Shown: positions 38,440 through 51,965 of the stretch, piece by piece
Position numbering within the stretch: the stretch's first letter is position 1
Layout: each line of letters opens with the position of its first letter
Assembly: GCA_051294375.1 (NCBI GenBank)
Contig: CM119263.1
Coordinates: forward strand, 1,162,550-1,226,549
DNA: 64,000 nt
Reading direction: 5' to 3'
Source of the DNA: Paraspadella gotoi
Taxonomy: Eukaryota; Animalia; Chaetognatha
Program-made: the position numbers and the translations under genes
Notes under the pieces: model-generated
Told to the model about the DNA's origin: nothing
Databases searched by the model: none
Seen by the model: only the letters and a program-made list of their open reading frames with translations

Positions 38440-38660
38440 TCTCAGCCAATACGGAGCGACGGCGTCGAACGTCCGTCCAATCATCGGAGTCTAAGAACGA
38501 GAAGGCGTCGGCAGCCGTGAAATTCCTCCAATCACGAGGCGAGGATTTTATAATCGACGCCACATCCGGTCCAGGAACGTCGCCAGAAGTCAAAGCGGAG
38601 ACGTCGACCAATCGGAGGCGAAGAAATAGAATCTCGTGAAATCTTGAACCAATCACAGGG
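38440..38660. promoter_or_regulatory. CCAAT-box cluster in a GC-rich island between divergent genes (putative promoter)
   Basis: CCAAT at 38446, 38477, 38528, 38608 and 38649, all in the same orientation, between SGSM (minus) and the vWA gene (plus). Confidence 0.4.
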
Positions 38661-39509
38661 AATATGGGCGTTCCAGATTTCCCCCAGTCATGCCCCCTTT
38701 CCCGAAAGGAAGTCGGGTGTCCTTGTGAGAGCAGATCGCGAGTAGATATTGGAACAATTAATTGTCCATTAAAACCTTTAGCTCTTTACAACGATTTTGC
38801 ACCATTTGTCGAAACTCTTAATATAACTCTGCATATTGATTGCAGAAAAATTAGAATTTTTCTGTTAGTATGATATATCCCACAGGTAGGAAAAATATTA
38901 TTTTTTTTTCTCGAAGAAAAATAATGTCTCTTCATCTTCATTATTAATGAATATTAAATTAATAAATATTAATATTTTTAATATAATAAATATAAATATG
39001 AAACCATCGATGTCTTTTTTTTTCATTTTCCAAATCTTCCCGACTGATGGACCCCTGGCGAGTTTTTTTCTAAATTAAAGAATCGAGAAACAAAAGATTT
39101 AAGAATCGCTGCATCACTCGTCGCCTTTGGCTGGAACTTTTTTTCCAGATGGAAACGTGCAACGGCGCCCAGAAGGAAGACGGAGCATGAGTCATTGGCT
39201 CGCTCCTTGCAATGCGCCATCCGCGGGAGGCGCCGTCGTAAAACTGGCTTCGTTTACTAAAAGATGACTAAATTTCGTTTCTTTCCCGATTTTCGTCTTC
39301 GCTTCATCGATTTCAAGGTTTTGCATTACATGGAACGTGCTGCTTTTAAAAATGTTATTTCCAGTTTTAAAATCCAAAATTATACCTGGATACCCTAGCA
39401 GTCTTCGGGCTTAGGGTTACCGACGGGGTTTAAACCCTCCCAAGGATCCGTAATTCTGAAAGTGGCATTGCGAGTTCAGGTTTGCTCTAATTACCTCCTT
39501 TCTCCTTAG

Positions 39510-41411
39510 ATGTCCTGCACATCTTCCTCCGTCCACCACCTCCTCCTCCTCCTCCTCATCCACACCACCGCCTCCATCGACGACGCCTCCTCTTCCTCCG
39601 ACGCCGCGGCAGAGTGTCACTTGGCGATCCACTCGGTGGCCATGGACGTCGTCTTCTTGGTCGATGGCAGTTACAGCATCGAACCGCGCGAATTCAAACG
39701 CGGACTCGAATTCGTCACGACCTTCGTGGACTTCGTCGTCGGCTACGGCGGCCGACTGGCCGACAACGGGACTAGGATCGGAGTCATTCAGTTTTCAGAC
39801 CTCGTTCAGGTTTGGGGCTTTTAATCCTTAATTTCATCCTTAATTTCATCCTTAATATTTAGGACTTGATTCTTTTTCCTTAATTTTAGCCTAAATCCTT
39901 AATTTTGACGGAAAATGAACTTTAAGCTTATTTCTTTGAAAACGGAAATTATTTCTTAGAATTGTGTTATTTCCTTTTTTTTATTTTGTCGCCTTACGAG
40001 GTTTACTGTTTTATTTTTTTTAAATTGTATAAAAATTTTATTTTTGAAGTGTCTTGATTGAAAACTTGCAGCGTTCTGCTATGTTATTTACTTATTATCT
40101 TGTAAGTGTGATGTAGGTTTAATATGTTCAAAGTCAGGTCCAAGATAATTAATAATTTTCATATTGGTTGTACCAATTTCTTTAAACATTTTTAAAATTT
40201 TATTTAAGTTTAAGGTTTTTTAAAACTCTCTGATATCAGGTGGAGATCGGGTTGGACGAGCAGGAGCCGGAAATCTTCATGAAACACAAAATAGAGACGA
40301 TTCCGCAGATGGAACTTGGCACGTACACTGGCAAAGGACTCAAAGTCATGGACGATCACTTCCGGGACAACGAAAGGCCCGACGATTATCTCAAGGTGAA
40401 CCGGATATCAATTTTTGTTAAAAATGTTACGCTCCGACATCACAAAACACTCATAGTCCTATTAATCGCTCTTACTAAATACTTTATTTCACTGTATTAC
40501 TACTTACTTACATAATACCAATAATATTTATATTACGTATTATGTATACCATCATCATTATGACTAATCATCATCTATTTTTCGTTTGTCCCCCGCTACA
40601 GTTAGGCTTCGTTTTGACGGATGGCGTGAGTCAGGACGGAATTGACGTCGTCCGCGCCAACGCGGACCGACTGCGCCACGCCAACGTCAGCCTCTTCGCC
40701 ATCGGCGTAGGAAACGATACGAGGATGGAGGAGCTGGAAGTCATCGCCGGCGGGAAGGGCGGCCTAGCTGCTGCCAAAAGCAGAGGTTAGACTAGAGAGA
40801 TGACTCTGTATTGATCTTATGCCAGAACTGGTTTTCCTATGAACCGTCAACAACCGAAAATTTGATGGAAACCGGGATTCTTGTTATACTGAATAATGAA
40901 TATGAATAGTGAATATAGTGAATACAAATTTTTTCTTAAAATACCAGGTCACTCCTTGGTTCAGGGTACGGAATTTTGGCAGAATTAATAGTAGACGCTA
41001 TTTTTATATTACCACGTTTCTATTAGATATTTTTCTATACTTATCCATTAATCGTTAATTTTTGCCTTTCTCTCTCTCTCCCTCTCAGTCTTTAGCGTTG
41101 ACAACTACGCCCAACTCTCCGCCCTCGCCGCCGACTTTCGGCGCCGCGTCTGCGCAGACGTCGTTATCGGTTGGCGCCGGTTTTTCGCAGACCTCGTCGC
41201 CTCGCCGAAATTCTACGTCCCAGTCGGCGTCATCGTCTTCGCCGGCGTCGTCGGCGCCCTTGTCTTCGGCCTTGTCGTCTGGCGTCTCGGCGTTCTGGCC
41301 CGGCGCCGCATTTCTCTGGGGATGTTGAAGGCGGCTGAAGAAGGGATGGACGAAAACTCTGAGCTCAACAGGATCTACAAGGCGCCGGAACGAGGAGTGG
41401 AGGAGGTGTGA
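39510..41411 (+). CDS. Single-vWA-domain type I transmembrane protein (~320 aa)
   Basis: Exons 39510-39809, 40240-40395, 40602-40785, 41089-41411 join in frame. Leu-rich signal-like N-terminus, DVVFLVDGSYS (DxSxS), RIGVIQFS, GTYTG, VLTDG, LFAIGVG, flanking Cys pair, TM segment VPVGVIVFAGVVGALVFGLVVW, basic stop-transfer and a short tail ending ..RGVEEV*. Confidence 0.88.
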
Positions 41412-43116
41412 CTCTGGGAAGTTGAAGACAGTGGCAGACTCTGAGATTTGGATGTGAATCGAGTTAAAAAACAGTTGGCAATGGAAGTGACAGTCGCAAA
41501 CTGTGAGATTTGGATATGAATGAAAAACAGTTGCGAAGATTTGACCAACTGACAGAGAAAAACGAGGAAAATCAGTTTGGGTGCTGAATAGTGAATACAA
41601 ATAAATAAAAACAAAAACTATCTAGTATATGTATGTCTCTAATTATGTTTAATTTCTTACGCGATTGTCTAGTCTTGGCCGGGGTCAAAGAGTGCGTTTG
41701 ACATTTTCATCGCATGAATTTGATCATCTTCATCGACAAAAAGAAAAATACCTAGTCATTTTATTTATTTTTACACTCGTAGACGATTAAGTAGGATTTT
41801 AACAGTATTTTTTGTTCAAAGTTTGCTTCGCCTTTGTGTCTTATTTCTAGAAATAACAAAACTCGCTTGTCTTTTTTATCGTTCCGGGTGCAGCTTTCTA
41901 TTGAGTTGCTTTGATATTTCTACAAAATGTGTTTTGTAATTCTTTACTTTTTATCAGAAAAAAAAATTTAAAAAGCTTGATAACCAGGAGGATCACTGTG
42001 CGGGACTCTGACTTGGCCAATCTTTCGATCCTCTGTGCTTTCGACTTTTATTCTCGGCTGCGATGGTTGAATCTCTCCCCCCCCGCCGACCGACAGACCG
42101 ACCGACCGGCAGCCGTTCGCCCAATCGACCTCAATCCAAACAATGCTCAGCACGTTTTGGTGAAAGACTAAAAAAAGATTAAAACAAATACGCGATATTA
42201 AACGGAGAAATTATAAAAATATCAAAAACTGTGATAAAAAATTAACGATTACTTTATTTCGACTCTATTTTTCGACAAACTAAAAGATCAGTATTTAGTT
42301 ACAGATGATAACGTAAGTTAATACGCGACATTCTTTAAGTTTCTGAGTTGGCCTCAAATCCCTCGGGGACGGAGCAATCGGTAATTCGATCGCCCAAATT
42401 ATAGGAAAAGCCCTCATTCTCTCAAAATTCCGCTTTTATTATCACAATTTTTTTTTTGTCCGATGTACACAAAAACCTCGGAAGTTTTATCTTTCGCGTT
42501 ATCTCGTCTAGTAATGCTTGACCACGATTAGTCATCTTGTTCTGTTATTTATATTTTTAATCCAATTATATTTATGACAACCCTTCGTCGAGTTTTCCCT
42601 CATTGACCGATCAGTCGATTCGGGAGAGTCGCACTGAGTTTGTCGAGATCTTGTCTCTTTTTCTCTCTTAGCAAATTTTCGAATCCTTTTTGGGTCATTT
42701 CGTTCTGCCTTCGTTTAGTCGAGAAGAAAAAAGAAACGGCTTGAAGCGAAAAAACCTTTTTTTTTCTATTTCTGGGAAACAGATTTCTTTATTAAGTTTT
42801 TTTTTTCCTTCTCTGCCAAAACACCTCCGTTTGGATTCTCACATTTTCCTACGAATTATTCAGCGAGAGGGAGCGTCTTCGATTTTTTTGTGATTTTTTG
42901 TCATGACTCATTTTTACTTTTAGACCATTCAATCTTCTCAGCTAATTTAAAACGACTGGATTTTTATATTATTACATTTTTTTATCATTTTTTACCTTGT
43001 CAAGCGAACAGGTTTATGGAGCTGAATCGGGCGGGCCAAGACTTGAGCAGTTTTACTTTTAGCCGAAGAAACGAGCTGTGAAATTATTGACCAACCTGTC
43101 GGCATCTTTTGAGAGT

Positions 43117-46100
43117 ATGACATCAACTCAAGCCGAAAATTTAATGGAAGATATTTCCGGAAACGAACTGGAAGATGAGGTTCCCAAAATCGTTTTTGGC
43201 GGCGCACATGGTACGTATGTCGTATGTATGTATGTATGATTGTATTACTAAGATCAAACTTTTTTCTACCGTTTTTTAATTCAAATACAATTTTTTAATA
43301 TAGTCGACCCGGATATGGGCAATGACGACAACCTTACCTTAACCGTAAGTCTTCCATTTAAAATTATCAATTGATTATTGGTACAGAATTTAAAAAAAAA
43401 AAATCATATGTTTTGATCACATTGAATTTTCTAAGGATCATTTGGAAATTAATTTATATCATCAGTGTTTACACGAGGTAAGTAAGTCTTTTTCAAAAGC
43501 CCCCCACAATGAAGCTGCTAATTACATTATTACAAAATCTTTTCAATCGTAATTTAAAATTATATCTTTCTTCTTCCACAGCAGTATGTTAATTACTTCT
43601 CACCTTTTTTCACACGGAGAAATCTCTCATCAAATCACAGCAGTCAGCCTCTATTGTTTCTCGCTTAGCTAACGCTGTTAGATTAGTAAAAACGGTGCTT
43701 CGATAAATAAATCTCGCACTCATTTGTATATATTATAAATATGTCAACTATGTCAAATATGTCAACTAATTAACGTTTTGTCAAAAAATTCTTTTCATAT
43801 TTCCTTTCACAGGAACGAAATTTATTTTTCGACGACGGAAAACGAAAGATCGACTGCATTTTGGCCTACAAAGTTCTCTCAGACCCGGATGTTCACGAAA
43901 AGCAGGAGAAGTTCCGGAAATGGAGGCACAACTTCCTGGAAGAGCTCGTCAAGGAGGGTCTGGAGATAGAGCTAGACGAGAGGGTGAGTTTTAAGAGAAA
44001 TCTCAGTTTTACTTGTAACATTAAATTTTAGATCTGGGCAAACTATTCTCAATGCGACAATTATATACGTTTTCCAGGCTATCGACACAATATCCTACAT
44101 AAAAGTCCACGCGCCTTGGGACGTCCTCACGCGCTACGCCGAACTGCTAAAAATTCAACTACCACTTCAGGAGGTAGGCTAATGGACGGAGGTGTTTTAT
44201 TATTATTTATTAACCGATTTAGTTAATCACGTACAGGACTGTATTATTCTGTACGGGAATTCACTCTCAAAATTTTATACATGATTATGCTGCATTAAAG
44301 GCGTTTGATCAGGTACATGGGAACATAACTGACAAAAATGTTATGAATTTTAGACTAAACTTGGGAATGCTCGAAAGATCGCTTCGCTAAATGTGGTAGC
44401 GATTCTATTGTCAGTTCAAGTAATTTTGACATTGTACCAACATTGTAAAATACCGCTTATACCGTTTCGTGTATACGGTATTGATGTTTATTAATGAATA
44501 AATTAATGCAGGCGTTACTAATGTTTATTTACTCTTTCTATGCACTATTCACTATGCATTCTTTTCTTTTATTACAAAATAATCCTATTTTTCACACCCT
44601 TACATTAGTAATGTAGCTCAGACGAAGTAATGATATTAATTATATTACATCACTACAGAAGCATAATTTTCATTTTAAGTTCAAGTTTTGACCTTATTGT
44701 TAAGTATTCAATTTTAAACATAGTAATATATTCTCGCTATCATTGATGGCATATGTGACTATCGCAAAAACATTAATTAAGAAACTTGAACGTCTTAATA
44801 GTAATGACTTTCAAATCATGTGTCTGAGCTTTGGTGTCCAGTTTTGCACTTCTGTCATTCTCTTTTTTTTCCTTTTCGCTTGTTTCTATCCTTCGCCTTA
44901 ACACACGGACACACAGACTAAAGTAAGTAGAGCAGAAAGCACCCTTTCTTACCTTTTTAAATGGGTATACCACTTCTAGCTCTTTTCGCATGAAATCTCT
45001 CTTTAAGTTTAATAATTTTCCTCTTTCAAAAAGTCAAAAGGGTCAAACTCAAAATCAGCTAATAGGTCGGATGGCAAAAGTCATTTCCGTCCTTATCAAG
45101 AGTATGACAACGTCAATTTAGAGGCGCTTGAGTCTGTAAGTCTTTCATAATCACTCTGTGTACACTGTGATATTTTTATTTGCGTTATTTGCAGTCAATT
45201 ATTGATATTCATTACCTTGATTTAAAGTGCAGTGCGTTTTGCTTTTATTTTTTCTGGTCGCCCTGACAGGAATTAACACAAAGTCGGAACAAAACGGATT
45301 CAAAATTAAAGGTAGTGTTTGTTTGTTGTTTTTTTGTCATTAATGATTCTGATTGCTTCTTAGCTTTTAATTCTTATAATATATGATATTATAGATTTAT
45401 TTTTCGCCCATAAATACAAATTACACCTTTAATGGCTTTTGTAGCATGGTCAACCAGAACTTCATCTTCATATGGAGGACATTTGGACCAACGTGGCTGG
45501 GAAAGTTTCCGTGTTTCAAAAGCCGTTTCTTCCTTGTCAAGACGATTTCCCGACTAAAAAGCGGAAACTCATGGCGACTTATAGTCGAGACAAAGAATAC
45601 TTGTAAGTTCTTTGAGTTATTCAATATCATCTCATTTCATTGTCATCATTTTTAAGTATTTCTATCTCTTTGCAATGGTAGGTTTGATTTAAAGGATCAA
45701 GAACAAATATTCAGTTCATCAGTAAGAAGTAGAATAGTGTATTTCATTCTAAGAAGAAAAAGATTTGACGATTCTGGAGAAATTGAAAATTATTCATACG
45801 GTGAGTTTGAAATGGGCTCTTTGAAAGTATTTACAGTATGCCTATCATTTAGCATGACCGTTAATATATTGAAGGCTTCATTCTATTACTATCAGTATAA
45901 ATGATATTTCAGATCAGCATGCAAAGAAAACTCAATATCAAAGAGGTATAAGTTGGTTTTTTTATAATTATAGATAAATTTAAAAATTTGAAGTGTGACA
46001 GTTTTCAAAATAATATTACTCAACTCATCCTCTGACTCATGTGATTAAAAATCTGAATACATGAGTGTAGAAATTCAAATTCAACTATATTTTTCAAATT

Positions 46101-49100
46101 GTAAATAGTTGTATGTTTGCCACGAATATGAATATTTCCCTATTGCTGGTCATTAAGAAATACCCCAATTCTAATCCAACCCGTTCTACTAAAATTTGAT
46201 CCTTATCAAGCCTTTCATAAAATTTAATTCATGTACATGTAGTATTAGTAATCATGAGATAACTTTGTTACAGGCATCACAAGATTGTTAGGCGACGGTG
46301 CTTTTTTGGCTTGCTATCCTCTCCACGAGGTATATCCATTTTTAAATTCCCATATTTAGGTACGTTTTGCAATTCTTAGCCATGTTGATATTTTTCTTGA
46401 AGGGAGGCTTCTCGCCTCACGATGCGCCGAACGACAGAAAACGACTGTACAACCACTGGGCTCGATGGGGAGCAGCCTTCAAGTTGCAGCCTCTCGATTA
46501 CGTTAGGTATGTACGTTTTTATTACATTAAAAGCATCGCAGTAGATGGATAACCATTGTTTATTTTTAATAAGTAATATTCTATAGGGATTACTACGGGG
46601 AGAGAATCGCTCTCTACTTTGCCTGGCTCCAATTCTACACGTTAATGTTGGTCCCCGTCTCTTTTGTTGGTTTGGCAATATTCATCTACGGTATATCGCT
46701 GTGGAACAAGGACCCTATCTCCAGAGACATCTGCAATAAATCTCTTGGGATCGTTATGTAAGATCATTGATTATTTAATTATTTAATCAAACACACGATT
46801 TTAACTTGTAAACATATTTTCTTTTGGAAATAAAGGTGTCCACTTTGCGATAAGCTATGTGATTTCTGGTATTTATCATCCGCCTGCAAAATGGCCAAAA
46901 TAGCCAGAGTCGTCGACAATGGAGCCACAGTATTTTATGCTATTATCATGTCCTTATGGGGTAAGTATAACTATAAAATGTAAGAGAAAACCGTCTTCAC
47001 CTCACCTTGAATGAAGTTGGCGATAATCTAGACTAATCTGCTTTACTTTTACTTATATAGCGACTCTTTTCTTGGAATTTTGGAAACGCAAACAATTCGA
47101 ATATAAGTTCAGATGGCACCAAGCGCACATGCTGGAGGAAGAAGTAAGCATTAAACTTTGAGAAGTAAAATACTCCAAAATTGATATAATATATACTGTA
47201 AAAAACCGTTTACTATGTAGGTATGGTTGCCTCGATTATTTAAAAGCACGGTAATAGTATTTTTTTTGTGTCAAAACGTTATTTCAGTTTTTATATTCTG
47301 GTGATCAGATCCGTATTTTGTTGTTTTTGGGTAAAAAAATTAAATAAAGCTGAATTTGTGAAATTGTGAATGTGTGACGGACGCTTTTCATCTGGACTTG
47401 CCAGGAATCTCCTCGACCTGAATACCTCAACAAACTGGCGAACGTTCGCTTCGAACGAGTGAACAAAGTGACGGGCGTCAAGGAAAAGTATTTTCCCTTT
47501 TGGCGAAAACGAGTCCCCGTCTTTCTTTTCTCAGGATCTTCGTCGTTTTCATGGTGAGAAAATATGAGTCGTTTCTAAATCTCATTCCTCACTAAAAAAA
47601 AAAAATCACAATTTTCGTGACAGATTTTGCTGGCGATTTTAACGGTAGTGGGCGTGATCCTTTATCGCTTGTCTCTCCGGGTCACCATAGCAACCATCGG
47701 CAATGACGTCATCTCGAAAAACTCTTCCCTCATCGTCGCCTGCACAGCGGCGTCCATTAATCTCTGCATCATTTTCTGCTCAATTTCGTGAGTTTTTTTC
47801 TTCATTTCCTCATTTAAGAAAGCCAGGGTAGTTGGTTAAGAAGGTTTTATCAAAAAGGATATTATAACTTATAATATAAGAAATCGGCAATCATATCGTT
47901 AAATCGTTTTGATCCTCAGTTTCTTTTTATTCTCACTCCTATCTTCAGCCTCGAGTTAAGATTTATCGTTTACGATTCGCAGATTTATCGTTCCATGGCT
48001 GAAAAACTGACAGAGATGGAGTGCTTCCGCACTCAGACGAACACGATGCTTCTTTGAATCTCAAAATATATCTGCTTCAGGTTAGACTTGGAAAAGTGAT
48101 TTCGTGAATGTAAAAATTTATATTTAAATGTTGTTTTTTTTCAGTTCGTCAATTATTACTCTAGTATTATTTTACATCGCCTTCTTCAAAGGAAAGTTTC
48201 CCGGTCGCCGGGTCAATATACTCGCATATTTGGTTTCCGCCAAGAAGAGGTGAGTTTCGATTTTGCTTATAATTAGTTATAATTTAAGTTTAATTTAAAT
48301 TAAATTTTAATATCTCTAATTGCAGTGTGACGTCGGCGGATGCCTGACTGAATTGACGATTCAGTTGGCCATCATTATGATTGGCAAAAATCTAATCAAA
48401 GGGACGTTGCAGGAAATTATACTTGTGTAAGTCTAATCCTCATTTGATAAATAATACTTTAATAAGAAATAAATAATAGAATAATAAATAATTTCTTTTC
48501 GAAAGATATTTAAAGAATGACTTTTCTTAATCTCAACATGCTGACGCTAATGATTAGTAAACGAAGGTATAAACCTTTCTGACGCCAGAATCGTTCAACC
48601 TTGGATTAAATTTTAAATCTTTAGTTTTAATATTGTTAGTATTTATTGTTATCAGTAATAACATTTTGTTCGCTCATGTCGTTTTATTTGTTTATTTTTC
48701 CGATTTTTGAAATTGGGAGGGATGTAATCTAAGTGTAGTTGCTAGTGAAGCATGTATTCTTGACTTTTTTAATATATATTGTTAAATATAACCCTGCATG
48801 AATTTTTTCCCCCTAAATTAAGTAGTTATTTTCAATCATCCTTCCTCATTATCATTTGTCAAGTGTTGAACCCTGACGTTGCTATTTTGTTTTCCCTCCC
48901 AGAAAAATCTGGAAGTGGTTGACGAGCCGCATGGCGGCGATCAAGGATAAAGTCGGCGAAGAAAAGCAAACTAAATCCGAAAAAAAGAACATGACGAGTT
49001 GGGAGAAAGATTTCCGGTTGGCGCCGCTTGGAACGACCGGCTTCGTGTTCGACGAGTACCTAGAGATGGGTACGAATTTCGTTTTTGCTCATTAATTAAT

Positions 49101-51416
49101 TATTAAATATAATTAAAATGCCTTTGACACGACGTCCAGTGATACAATACGGGTTCATCACCATCTTCGTGACCTCGTTCCCATTGGCGCCTCTCTTCGC
49201 TCTCCTTAACAACGTGATGGAGATTCGCGTTGACAGCAGCAAACTTCTCTGCGACATGAGGAGACCCTTTTCGGTCCCGGCAAGAAATATCGGTGTGGGA
49301 AAAATGGAGGCAGTCAGAGGAATGAGTCACTTTTTACAAATTGTTAATTTAACTGGAAATTTAAATCATTCCCAAGACCATTAGCGCGATGTTTGGGATA
49401 AAATTCAGAAAAAATATTTCTATCCTTGCAGTAAATTTATTATTGCATTAATTTCATCATAATATCTTCCGTAAAGTGATGAAACGGCCTCGTCCAAACT
49501 CATCATCGTTCGAAACTTTTTTACTTTCCCGTTCACGCCAGGCATCTGGTACGACGTGCTAGAACGCTGACATCTCTGTCGGTGCTGACGAACGGCTGCA
49601 TCATCGCCTTCACGACGGACTTCATCCCGCGGTGGGTCTACCGCAACAGCCACAATATGACTCTGGAGGGATACCTGGAGAACAGCCTCAGCGCCTTCAA
49701 CACCTCGGGTTAATCATCCTTTAAAATATGACAATTAATTATGTATTATGTAATTATAATCTTATTACGTACTGTTTTCAAAATGACTTCAAAAAATCTT
49801 TATTCACCCTCCCCCCTATCCCCATTCATAGATTTCACCAACAGAACGCGGCCTGACGACATGTCCCTCAACGGCAGCGTTCCTTCGGTCTGCATGTACC
49901 GCGACTTCCGTAATCCGCCCGGTCACCCGCATCAGTACGAACTCTCGACGACCTATTGGCACGTCTACGCGGCAAAATTCATCTTCGTTGTTCTCTTCCA
50001 GGTTGGATCGCTTGGTATTTATTTATTGTTGTTCTTGCGCTACCTAGTGTTAAGTACTGTGTATTCAGTTAAGTACATGGTATACAGTTTAATATTAATA
50101 AATTAATGCACAACATCGAAAAACTTCCATTGAAGTTTCATATTTGTCGTCCACTGCATGTGCGTTTGAATCCAACTCCCCTCATCCCCCCATCAACTTG
50201 TCCAGAATGTCGTGATGTGGACGAAGAACGTGATCGCCTGGTCGATCCCCGACATGCCCAAGTTCCTCCGTCGCCTGATGCAGAGGGAGAACTACATCAC
50301 CAACGAGGTCATCATGCACCACGAGTTGGAGCGGGCCAGGAAAGTCGGAGGTGAGTTCGAAACGGGCAAATCTCGATTTAAGCGCGAAAATATTCAATGA
50401 ATATTCGATGAACAAGTGAACATCGACCGAAAAAGAGTTGAGCAAATTTTCATCATTTTATTTTTGTGTTGCTTTTTGTCCGCTATCAACCCTTTGAAAC
50501 CCTTTTCCTTGTCGTCCTCTCTTTCGTCGTCTTCGTCCTCTTCGTCTTCGTCCTCTTCGTCTTCGTCCTCTTTGTCGTTTTCGTCCTCTTCGTCGTCTTC
50601 GTCCTCTTTGTCTACTTCGTCTTCTTCCTCTTCATCTTTGTATTTGACTTTGTCTTCTTCATCGTCCTCATCTTCTTCATCTTCGTCCTCTTTGTATTTG
50701 ACTGTTTTCTTCGTCCTCTTCGTCGTATTTATCCTCTTCCTCGTCTTCTTCTTCATCCTCTTCCTCGTCTTCTTCTTCATCCTCTTCTCGTCTTCTTTCT
50801 CATCCTCGTCTTCTTCTTCATTTTCGTCTTCATCCTCTTCTCGTCTTCTTCATCTTCGTCTTCACCTCTTCCTCGTCTTCTTCTTCATCCTCTTCCTCGT
50901 CTTCTTCTTCATCTCGTCTTCATCCTCTTCGTCATCTTCGTCTCTCCAGAAATGGCCTTCAGCGCCAAACTTCTTTTCCATCACGACGCGCCGAGTCCTT
51001 CTCCCTTCACTCGGCGTCGCGGTAACCTTGATAGAGCGGCGCCACTCGACGCCGAGGACACATCTCCAACGCCGAAACCGGCGTCGGACCAGTTCAAGCC
51101 GGCGTCTAATTCAGCGCCGAGTCCAGAGCGGCGTCGTCAAGCGTTTCCCTCGGCGCCGCCAATCGAGGATGAGATTCTTCCTCGACACGATGTGGGGAGA
51201 CTCTTGACGGAACCCAATTTGGAACCAGCGCCGCAGCAACTAGAAATGCAGCAGATACCTCAGGAACCTCTTTTGCAAATGCAGCAGATGACGCCCGAGC
51301 AGCAGCAGCAGCCACCTCCCAATGCCGAAGATATTCCATTGATGCATCGTCGTAGTTATCAAGACTTGATTGGCATTTCGATGCCGAATAACTACGGGTG
51401 GCGGATAGAGGATTGA
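43117..51416 (+). CDS. ANO: Anoctamin / TMEM16 family Ca2+-activated channel/scramblase
   Basis: Exons ~43117-43210, 43304-43344, 43813-43983 ([15 protein letters not shown]), 44078-44173 ([14 protein letters not shown]), 45270-45311, 45445-45602, 45682-45800, 46274-46329 (YPLHE), 46403-46506 (QPLDYVR), 46587-46757 ([13 protein letters not shown]), 46836-46960 (CPLCD), 47061-47143 (FLEFWKR), 47405-47553, 47624-47787, 47983-48080, 48145-48249, 48326-48426, 48903-49069 (EYLEM), 49140-49292 ([19 protein letters not shown]), 49542-49708, 49832-50001, 50206-50350, 50950-51416. Several single-base indels; true start uncertain. Confidence 0.93.
50510..50945. repeat. Low-complexity TCT/TCG/TCC trinucleotide tract (intronic)
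   Basis: Fills the last anoctamin intron up to the CAG acceptor at 50949. Confidence 0.85.
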
Positions 51417-51965
51417 ACTTTCGTCACTACGGGAGTGAATTAAAGGATTACGTTTGGAGAATAGATGAAAAAGTGGGGAAAAAGCAAAAGAGTGGCGGAA
51501 AAAATAGAGAATAACTACTCATAAATAGTAAATAAATAAATTCGTCGAGGTCAAGTTTGTGTCACCAAATTAAAATTTTAATCAAGTAGGTTCATCTATG
51601 TCTATGACTGAGTTTTACTAATTTAAAGAGTTGTTTGTATATATGCTTTAACGTACTTTGCATGTCCGTCGACATGTTTGACTCAATTTGTAAAAGGCGT
51701 TTGGATTCAAAACTTTTGCCGTGAAAGAAAACTTCTGAGCTCGAAAGATGAGCAAACAAATTTTGCGTTCTGCTTAGAAATAAATTAAATCGCTTTTGCC
51801 GTTAATTTTCAAATTATCAGACTTAATTTCTTTGTTCCATCCCATTGTTCTTTGCCAGATCCCGAAATCCTCTCTTGCCTTTGCACCATCCACTAGCCCA
51901 TACCTCCCTACCAACTCTTTAAACCTGACCAATACCATATGCCCAATACACCTAACCCATCCCAG

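Noticed and set aside
39023-39377. Short minus-strand ORFs upstream of the vWA gene
   Set aside because: No recognisable motif or consistent splice structure.
22136-40180. Identical 20-mer ATATTGGTTGTACCAATTTC at ~22136 and 40161
   Set aside because: Short, AT-rich and without extended flanking similarity; probably a repeat fragment.
47405-49600. Frameshifts suggesting an anoctamin pseudogene or programmed frameshifting
   Set aside because: Single-base indels mostly in short runs, also seen in other genes; consistent with unpolished assembly while motifs and splice sites remain intact.
50394-50945. Acidic (minus) and poly-Ser/Phe (plus) ORFs
   Set aside because: Intronic trinucleotide tract; only the part from 50950 is exon.
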